A model generated the notes under the pieces. The model was not told the DNA's origin and did no database searches. It worked only from the letters and a program-made list of their open reading frames with translations. Positions 57,445-64,000 of a stretch of 64,000 nt of DNA are shown piece after piece (position 1 is the first letter of the stretch; each line of letters starts with the position of its first letter). Source of the stretch: Rhodopirellula sp. GTDB lineage: Bacteria > Planctomycetota > Planctomycetia > Pirellulales > Pirellulaceae. Position numbers and translations under genes: made by a program. The stretch lies in assembly GCA_003513555.1 (NCBI GenBank), contig DOPG01000032.1, forward strand, positions 18,009 through 82,008, given 5' to 3'.

Positions 57445-58914
57445 TCAGGCAATGATTTCGTGGATGGGATCCACTTCTTCCACCCCAACCAATTTCTGAT
57501 CCAAGCCGCTGTAGAAGAACGACAGACGATTAGGATCCAACCCCATTTGATGCAGGACGGTGGCATGCAAGTTTTTCACATGCAGGGGATTCTCCACCGC
57601 TCGTGACCCCAGTTCATCGGTAGTGCCGTAACTCATGCCACCCTTGATCCCACCACCAGCCATCCACATCGTGAAGCCATAGGAGTTGTGGTCACGCCCC
57701 GTACCCTTAGCGTATTCAGCCGTGGGCTGTCGACCAAACTCTCCCCCCCAGACGACGAGTGTTTCATCCAACATGCCGCGCTGCTTTAAATCGGCCAGAA
57801 GTGCCGCTATGGGAAGATCCGTATTGCCAGCATGTTTGTTGTGATTCACTTCCAAGTCGCCATGTGCATCCCAGTTGGCGTCATTATGGGATCCACCACT
57901 GTAAAGTTGGATGAAACGCACACCACGTTGCACGAGTCGTCTGGCCATCAGACAACGAGTTCCAAAGTCACGAGTGCGATCATTATTGATCCCATACATT
58001 TCCAAAGTTGCAGCATCCTCGGTCGCCAGATCAACCGCTTCGGGTGCTGTGCTCTGCATCTTGTAAGCCAGTTCATAGCTGGCAATACGAGAAGCCAAAT
58101 CACTGTTCCCTTGACGCTGATTCAGGTGCTGAGCGTTTGCATCCTGAATCGAATCGAGCAGACGTCGCTGCACATCCACACTCATGTCGTCTGGCCTGGC
58201 CAAATCAAGGATGGGTGCCCCCTTGCTTCGGAAGACGGTGCCTTGGTAGGTGGCTGGCATATAACCACTGCTCCAATTTTTCGCTCCGCTGATTGGACCT
58301 CCCGAAGGGTCCAGCATGACCACAAATCCAGGTAGATTTTCATTCACACTGCCCAATCCATAATTAACCCACGATCCCAAAGCGGGGCTTCCTGACAACA
58401 CTTTCCCACTATTCATCATCAGCATTGCGGAGCCATGAATCGGTGAGTCAGCGGTCATGGAATGCAAGAAGGCGATGTCATCCACATGCTTTGCAACATT
58501 GGGAAACAAAGTACTGACAGACTTTCCGCATTCGCCATATTTTTCGAATTCCCACCTTGGCTCAACAATCCGCCCGCCAGTCCTATGCCCGCCACGACCA
58601 AAGGTTTTGACATCGACCGTTTTTCCATCCATGCCTTTCATGGCTGGCTTCTCGTCAAACGTATCGATGTGACTGGGTCCACCGTACATGAATAGAAAGA
58701 TCACCGACTTGGCTTTGGGAGCAAAGTGGGGCGGTTTGGCTGCCAGCGGATTGGCGTAAGCAGACTCATTCGCGTTGGCAGATGCATCAAAAAAGCCGTC
58801 CTCAGACAACATTGAGGTCATCGCAGCGGCGCCAAAGCCACCACCCGTTTGCCAAAGAAATTCGCGACGGGTGCGGCCGCAAAAACTTCCGGTGCGTTTT
58901 TTCTGGTTTGCCAT
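57445..58914 (-). CDS. DUF1501-domain protein (sulfatase/alkaline-phosphatase superfamily, Tat signal)
   Basis: 489 aa. It has RTRREFLWQTGGGFGAAAM, FLFMYGGPSHIDTFD.KP, WGGEFGR.P, GRDHN and the tail DP.HEIIA, which is the canonical DUF1501 layout. Confidence 0.9.
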   Translation of the reverse strand: MANQKKRTGSFCGRTRREFLWQTGGGFGAAAMTSMLSEDGFFDASANANESAYANPLAAKPPHFAPKAKSVIFLFMYGGPSHIDTFDEKPAMKGMDGKTVDVKTFGRGGHRTGGRIVEPRWEFEKYGECGKSVSTLFPNVAKHVDDIAFLHSMTADSPIHGSAMLMMNSGKVLSGSPALGSWVNYGLGSVNENLPGFVVMLDPSGGPISGAKNWSSGYMPATYQGTVFRSKGAPILDLARPDDMSVDVQRRLLDSIQDANAQHLNQRQGNSDLASRIASYELAYKMQSTAPEAVDLATEDAATLEMYGINNDRTRDFGTRCLMARRLVQRGVRFIQLYSGGSHNDANWDAHGDLEVNHNKHAGNTDLPIAALLADLKQRGMLDETLVVWGGEFGRQPTAEYAKGTGRDHNSYGFTMWMAGGGIKGGMSYGTTDELGSRAVENPLHVKNLHATVLHQMGLDPNRLSFFYSGLDQKLVGVEEVDPIHEIIA

Positions 58915-58999
58915 GATTATTCTCGTGTGATGTTTCCGCTAACAGATAGAGCTTTGATTTTGGATGATGAGCAGTCGCATGTTGACATTCTTAACATGC

Positions 59000-61450
59000 C
59001 TAATCGACGAACAGAAATTCATTCCAGTTCATGACCGTAAGGCAATACAATTCCACTGCACGTTGCCGCGGCAATTTGTCAGTCGTCTGCAAAGTGGCGA
59101 TTAGCTTGCTGCCGTTGGCAATTTCAGTTTCCGTCGCTTCTCGTGACAAAGCCTTGGCGATCACCCGTTGCACCAATTCCTCATTCTCGATACCGACACC
59201 ACCCACGGACTCGGTCAACCGCTTTGCCTGCTCATGAGCAAACTTGCTGTTGAGCAAAGCCAGCGCCTGCCCCGGTTGCAGCGTCACAAACCTGTCCTCA
59301 CAGGTCAGGTCAGGATCAGGGAAATCAAAGGCCGTCAAAATAGGCGTCAACAGGGACCGCTTCACATGGATGTAGACTGAGCGGCGATTCTTATCTTGTT
59401 CAGATGAGTTACCCCAACCAGCACCTGGACGCGACTGACCAGCCAACACTTCACGCGACAGCGATGGATAAAAACTTGGCCCGTAAGTCTGGCGGTTCAA
59501 CGAGCCGTTGATCGCAAGGATGGTGTCTCGCACTTCTTCGGCGCTCAATCTTCTCGGATCAAAACGCCACAGCAGATCATTGGCTGGATCCCTTGCCAAA
59601 CCTGCACTCTGGCCAGCAGAAGACATCTGATAAGCACGACTCGACATAATCAAGCGGTGAAAATCTTTCAGCTTCCAGTCTCCGGAAATTAACTTCTGAG
59701 CAAGCCAATCAAGCAGGGCAGGGTGTGTAGGCGGCACACCCAATTTTCCAAAATTGTTACTGCTTCGAACAATGCCGCGGCCAAAGTGAAACTGCCAAAC
59801 GCGATTAGCCATAACCCTGGCCGTCAACCGATTCTCACCGCTGGTGATCCAGTCTGCCAATACTCGTCGGCGACCCGCGCTTTTTTCATTGCCATTGAAG
59901 GCAGAGGCATCGGGCGCAGGAGTCTCAAAGATGGCTGGGAAATCGGGTTCAACAGGGTCTGCTGGTGAGTGTGGATTTCCGCGAAACAGAATGAAGGTCT
60001 GGTCGGGTTTGGGCTTGCACTTCGCCAACCCCATCACCATCTCGCGCGGAGGCAGCGTCTTTCCCTCTTGGAGAGTATCAGCCAATTGCTTTTGCAGATC
60101 CTTGTACTTCCGCCAATCCTCGTCACTCAGATTATCTTTTAATTTCTCTTTCAACACACGATTTCGATCCCGCTTAGGTCCCTCCGTCGCCCGCTGATCC
60201 GGCGCTGACATCTTAACAATGCCTGACTGCTCGACGTCGCGTATCTCTTTTTCCAGACGGCGTTTGGCTTCGTCATTATCGCGGTATTTTTGATTCAGTT
60301 CTTCAGACGAAACATCAATCTGGTTATTGGAGCGTTGATCCCCCCGATGCCCCCAGCGTGTCACATCTCCCATCATGGCGAGGAAACTGTAGTAGTCTTT
60401 TTGTGAAATGGGATCAATTTTGTGATCGTGACACCGTGCACAATTCAAAGTCAAACCGAGCATCGCCTGCCCTGTCGTCATGATGATATCATCCATGTCG
60501 TCAAACCGCGCCAGCAGAGGGTCAGCTGGCTCATCATCCCAAATTCCCAGCCGGTAGTATCCCGTCGCAGTCAATGACTCGGTTGTCACCTCATCCAGCT
60601 CATCTCCAGCAAGTTGTTCGGTAAGGAATTGGTCGTATGGCTTATCATCGTTGAAAGCTTTTATCACATAGTCACGGTATTTCCAAGCATTCGGTTTGGC
60701 TCCATCACGTTCATATGAATTCGTTTCAGCAAAGCGAACCAGATCCAACCAATGGCGTCCCCAACGTTCTCCGTAATGTGGTGATTCAAGCAACTGGTCA
60801 ACAACTTTCTCAAAGGCTTTCGGATCGGGATCTTCCACAAACGCCTTCACCTCCTCTGCCGAGGGTGGCAATCCGGTCAAGTCGAAATAGGCGCGGCGAA
60901 TCAGGGTCGACCGGTCAGCTATAGGATTCGGCTTCAACCCCACTTTCGATACGGCGGAGTAGATGAACTGATCTATCGGATGTTTACTCCACTCGGCATT
61001 GTCTACCGCAGGCGGTTTGGGATTCTGCATCGGTTTGAATGCCCAGTGCTGCTGCCACTTTGCTCCCTCTTGAATCCAACGCTTCAACAAGTCCACTTCC
61101 TCAGGCGACAAACGGTCGCCCTCAGGTGGCATCTGCTCATCTTCCACATCAGAAACCACCCGAGCAAGCAAGACACTTGCGTCGACATCTCCCGGTACGA
61201 TTGCATGCTCCCCAGAATCGGTCTCAGCAAAGGCTGCCTTCTGGCTTGTGAACCGAAGCCCACCCTCAGCTTCATCGGGACCATGACAGGCGAAACAGCG
61301 TTTCGCGAGGAGGGGTTGGATTTGCTTGGAAAAATCAACCGACTGCTTCGCCTGATCATCCTGTGCAAAACTCGGCACGCAAACCAGCCCAACCAACAGG
61401 GCCATGATCAATCGGTGGGTCGAAAACATCTTGGAAAGCGAAGGCATCAT
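59000..61450 (-). CDS. PSCyt1 / DUF1549 / DUF1553 protein (planctomycete cytochrome-c-domain protein)
   Basis: The ORF is open to 61525; the ATG at 61450 (or 61429) gives a signal peptide. It has the heme-c motif CFACHGPDEAEGGLRF, the DUF1549 blocks HWAF.P...P.....W..HPID.F, RRAYFDLTGLPP and YGERWGRHWLDLVRFAETN, then CARCHDHKIDPISQKDYY, and the DUF1553 block NR.W.FHFGRGIV....NFG..G..PTHP.LLDWLA. Confidence 0.9.
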   Translation of the reverse strand: MMPSLSKMFSTHRLIMALLVGLVCVPSFAQDDQAKQSVDFSKQIQPLLAKRCFACHGPDEAEGGLRFTSQKAAFAETDSGEHAIVPGDVDASVLLARVVSDVEDEQMPPEGDRLSPEEVDLLKRWIQEGAKWQQHWAFKPMQNPKPPAVDNAEWSKHPIDQFIYSAVSKVGLKPNPIADRSTLIRRAYFDLTGLPPSAEEVKAFVEDPDPKAFEKVVDQLLESPHYGERWGRHWLDLVRFAETNSYERDGAKPNAWKYRDYVIKAFNDDKPYDQFLTEQLAGDELDEVTTESLTATGYYRLGIWDDEPADPLLARFDDMDDIIMTTGQAMLGLTLNCARCHDHKIDPISQKDYYSFLAMMGDVTRWGHRGDQRSNNQIDVSSEELNQKYRDNDEAKRRLEKEIRDVEQSGIVKMSAPDQRATEGPKRDRNRVLKEKLKDNLSDEDWRKYKDLQKQLADTLQEGKTLPPREMVMGLAKCKPKPDQTFILFRGNPHSPADPVEPDFPAIFETPAPDASAFNGNEKSAGRRRVLADWITSGENRLTARVMANRVWQFHFGRGIVRSSNNFGKLGVPPTHPALLDWLAQKLISGDWKLKDFHRLIMSSRAYQMSSAGQSAGLARDPANDLLWRFDPRRLSAEEVRDTILAINGSLNRQTYGPSFYPSLSREVLAGQSRPGAGWGNSSEQDKNRRSVYIHVKRSLLTPILTAFDFPDPDLTCEDRFVTLQPGQALALLNSKFAHEQAKRLTESVGGVGIENEELVQRVIAKALSREATETEIANGSKLIATLQTTDKLPRQRAVELYCLTVMNWNEFLFVD

Positions 61451-61621
61451 GTAAATCTTGGAACGGAGGGATCGTTGCTGTCGAAGGCAGGTAAAGCATG
61501 AATCGGTCAACCGAAGTGGAGACACAAAACATCAGACTCCCGTCGAGCACCAATTTGGACAGCTTCCAATATTGTGACGGGTCTGTGATCGCCTGCCAAT
61601 GAGAACCAGCGTACTTACAAT

Positions 61622-61780
61622 TGAGAATTGTTCCGGTAAGTTTCAAAGCTCACTGAACCAGCAGTATAGACCAGGAAGTACGTGATTCATGAACTCTGCG
61701 ACAATATGCAACACTGCGGTTTGCCCCAATCTAAGATTCTTTTTTTTGAGAATTATCGTCTAGAATGCCTCGCTGAGAAT
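61622..61780. promoter_or_regulatory. Candidate operator/promoter elements in the divergent intergenic region (TGAGAAT direct repeats plus a 6-3-6 palindrome)
   Basis: TGAGAAT occurs at 61622-61628, 61747-61753 and 61774-61780, all in the same orientation, with a degenerate cTAGAAT at 61760-61766 (13-14 nt spacing among the last three). The first copy lies inside the palindrome ACAATTgagAATTGT (61617-61631). A T8 run at 61740-61747 abuts the second copy. Confidence 0.3.
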
Positions 61781-61861
61781 CGATCTGGACAAACCGAGGC
61801 TATTGATAGCCCCCTGATCCAGCCCATTTCCCGTACCCACCCCCAACAGGGGCATCTGGCC

Positions 61862-63061
61862 ATGGCAAACCGCAACCAGGACGGGAAATTTCACATCAAA
61901 TCACGCGGCAACCAGCAGCGGCCCCACGTACTTTTGATCGTCGAGACCGCCATGTCTTTTGGGCGCGGCGTGCTGGAGGGCATCAGCCAATACTTAGTGG
62001 AAAATCCACCGTGGTCAGTCCAGCTTGATCTGCGAGAGTTACTGGTGACGCCACCGGCATGGCTCGAGCATTGGGATGGGGATGGGATCATCACGAGATC
62101 AACCACTCCCGAGATGGCCGAGCTCATCGCAAAATCTGAAATTCCAACGGTAAACCTCACCGATATTTATGGTGATCAGGGGCTTCCTTCGATCTGGAAT
62201 GATCATGAAGCAATCGGGCAACTCGCAGCCGAACACCTGCTTCAGCGTGGATTGAAACGCTTTGCCTTTTGCGGATTTACAAACCATCAATGGTCCGAAG
62301 CTAGATACCGTGGATTTCAAAATCACCTGCGGCCACACGACGCCAATATCCGGTTTCACCGTTCCGACTGGGCACAAGCCCGACGCACTGGCTGGGAAGC
62401 ACAACAAGCCAAAATGATTCAATGGCTATCGGCACTTCCCAAACCCATTGGTGTTCTGGCCTGCAACGACTTTCGTGGACAACATGTTCTCGAAGCCTGC
62501 CGAGTCGCACAAATTTCTGTTCCGGATCAGGTCGCCGTCATCGGAGTCGACAACGATCATGTCATCTGTGACTTTTGCCAACCCTCGCTGTCAAGCGTCA
62601 TTCCTGCTGCTGACCGAATCGGCTACGAAGCAGCCCGCATGCTGGACCAGCTGATGCGAAATGAGGAACCGGCCGAACGACACGTCAAAATCGCCCCATT
62701 GGGGATCGCCGCAAGACAATCAACCGACATGATGGCGATTGATGATGCAGAAGTTGTCTCTGCTCTGAAAATCATTCGCGAACGGGCCTGCAGTGGTCTT
62801 TCAGTCACTGAAATTGTGGAAGAAATCGCCATTGCTCGCAGTTCACTTGAAAGGCGATTCAGACAATTTGTTGGTCGTTCACCGCAAGCTGAAATCCGAA
62901 ATGTCCAAATGAAAAGAGCACAGCAGCTGTTACGCGAAACCAAGTTACCACTATCACAGGTCGCAAGCCTCACCGGATTTAAACACGCCGAGTATTTCAG
63001 CGTGGTGTTTAAACGCGAAATCGGTCAAACACCGGGCCAATACCGATCCCACCTACCATGA
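61862..63061 (+). CDS. XylR-type transcriptional regulator (periplasmic-binding-protein-like sugar sensor plus AraC-type HTH)
   Basis: The ORF is open from 61682; the ATG at 61862 gives a 399-aa protein. HVLLIVETAMSFGRGVLEGISQYL...W........DGDGIITR....IPTVNL and VLACND.RG..VLEAC....I.VPD.VAVIGVDND are collinear with XylR. The C-terminus has an AraC HTH (SRSSLERRFRQFVGRSP.AEIRNV...A..LL.ET.L....VA.LTGF...EYFS.VFKRE.G.TP..YR). Confidence 0.85.
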   Translation: MANRNQDGKFHIKSRGNQQRPHVLLIVETAMSFGRGVLEGISQYLVENPPWSVQLDLRELLVTPPAWLEHWDGDGIITRSTTPEMAELIAKSEIPTVNLTDIYGDQGLPSIWNDHEAIGQLAAEHLLQRGLKRFAFCGFTNHQWSEARYRGFQNHLRPHDANIRFHRSDWAQARRTGWEAQQAKMIQWLSALPKPIGVLACNDFRGQHVLEACRVAQISVPDQVAVIGVDNDHVICDFCQPSLSSVIPAADRIGYEAARMLDQLMRNEEPAERHVKIAPLGIAARQSTDMMAIDDAEVVSALKIIRERACSGLSVTEIVEEIAIARSSLERRFRQFVGRSPQAEIRNVQMKRAQQLLRETKLPLSQVASLTGFKHAEYFSVVFKREIGQTPGQYRSHLP

Positions 63062-63356
63062 AATAAGAGATGCGTTTGAGTCGCAATTGTATTCGGATCT
63101 GCAATTCGAAGGCCCCGTTGAACTCGCGTTCAGGGAGTAAACCAAGCAAAACCAACGCATCGGTATCAGTGAAAAGCCTGCTCGACGGCGCAAAAACGAG
63201 TTTGTTTGCGAGAGCACCTTGACCGCAGACCACAACCCTTAGCCAGCTAGCCCCCATTTCAGTCCGCAAGAGTTCAACCATGTTCTATCGATGTCGCTTT
63301 GAAATGCTAGCAATTACATCTTTTGATGTTCACTGCAGAGAGCGATATCTCTATAC

Positions 63357-64000
63357 ATGTCGGGACCGACGGTGTGGGTGATGTCTCGGCTTCTGGATAC
63401 TGCTGGAATGAAAAAATTGACTCCCTGGCTGGCAGGGTTATTTGTATTAACGCTTCGACTAACCTGCCGATTTCGCTACAACAATGATCCGCGACAATTG
63501 CTGAATCGTGACGGCGTCAATCATTTGGTCGCGGGCTATCATGCAGTACAGATTGCAGGTGTTTTGGGAGCTGAACCTGGCGTTGGGACAATGGTTTCCC
63601 GATCCAAGGATGGTGAGCTGGTCGTCCCGGGTTTGAAATTGATCGGCCATGTGCCGTTGCGCGGTAGCAGCGGGACATCGGAGAAAGGCGGTCTTGCAGC
63701 TCTACAGATCCTGGTTGAATACGTTCGCGGCGGGAAACCGGTGATGCTCACTGTCGATGGTCCACGCGGGCCACGCGGCAAGGCCCACAAAGGCATCAGC
63801 TTGCTGGCTCGCAAAACGAAAACACCGGTCGTGGGCGTGCTAGCAATTCCAACACGGCGATGGATTCTCTCCAAGACTTGGGATCGCTTACAAATTCCAA
63901 AACCGTTTTGCACGATTGATTATTACTTCAGCGACTTGATCTATCCCCAGCGTGGCGAATCGCTCAGCGACCTGACCCAACGTATCGAGATTGCTTTGGA
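63357..64000 (+). CDS. DUF374-domain protein (lysophospholipid-acyltransferase-like), 3' end outside the window
   Basis: This ORF is not in the supplied track because it has no stop inside the window. Translation from the ATG at 63357 (alternatives at 63381 and 63408) gives ...VSRSKDGELVVPGLKLIGHVPLRGSSGTSEKGGLAALQILVEYVRGGKPVMLTVDGPRGPRGKAHKGISLLARKTKTPVV..., the SxSxDGE / DGPRGP(R) blocks typical of DUF374. Confidence 0.7.
   Translation, partial: MSGPTVWVMSRLLDTAGMKKLTPWLAGLFVLTLRLTCRFRYNNDPRQLLNRDGVNHLVAGYHAVQIAGVLGAEPGVGTMVSRSKDGELVVPGLKLIGHVPLRGSSGTSEKGGLAALQILVEYVRGGKPVMLTVDGPRGPRGKAHKGISLLARKTKTPVVGVLAIPTRRWILSKTWDRLQIPKPFCTIDYYFSDLIYPQRGESLSDLTQRIEIAL

Noticed and set aside
51365-61525. 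Genomic island integrated at tRNA-Ala (sulfatase cluster immediately 3' of the tRNA)
   Set aside because: There is no integrase, recombinase or transposase gene. No direct repeat of the tRNA 3' end was found by eye downstream. The gene content is typical core planctomycete content.

Overview
This is a gene-dense chromosomal segment: about 45 CDS, one tRNA, and roughly 88-90% coding. It almost certainly comes from a Planctomycetota genome, probably a marine Planctomycetia member with about 50% GC. The evidence is five formylglycine-type sulfatases, a PSCyt1/DUF1549/DUF1553 plus DUF1501 gene pair, an SHD1-domain protein, three Hanks-type kinase genes, a Tat-exported Gfo/Idh/MocA plus PmoA-like pair, and several lineage-typical secreted hypotheticals.

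Housekeeping genes are interspersed: tag, a dciA-like DUF721 gene, rimK, glgC, an FNR, hemY, cbiX, argH, epmA, thiF/moeB-like, a recQ-family helicase and tRNA-Ala(GGC). I found no rRNA, CRISPR array, transposase, integrase, prophage genes or recognisable defence-system genes. Most of the window looks ordinary, and I cannot point to a clearly novel system with confidence.

The most system-like stretch is a roughly 10 kb co-directional minus-strand operon at 51.5-61.5 kb: PSCyt/DUF1553, DUF1501, an uncharacterised 796-aa glycosidase-like protein and two sulfatases. It is divergently paired with a XylR/AraC-type regulator, and the shared promoter region carries repeated TGAGAAT motifs.

Other points worth a second look:
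- a catalytically dead kinase-fold/TPR membrane protein that is translationally coupled to a small two-TM protein;
- a RimB-RimK pair in which RimK carries a C-terminal RCK_C (TrkA-C) domain;
- a 1.27 kb gene-free stretch upstream of an MMPL transporter;
- a heme-c (CxxCH) sensor histidine kinase;
- an HMA-like protein with a CxxxC motif just upstream of cbiX.

All functional calls come from motif recognition by eye on the supplied translations. No database search was run.
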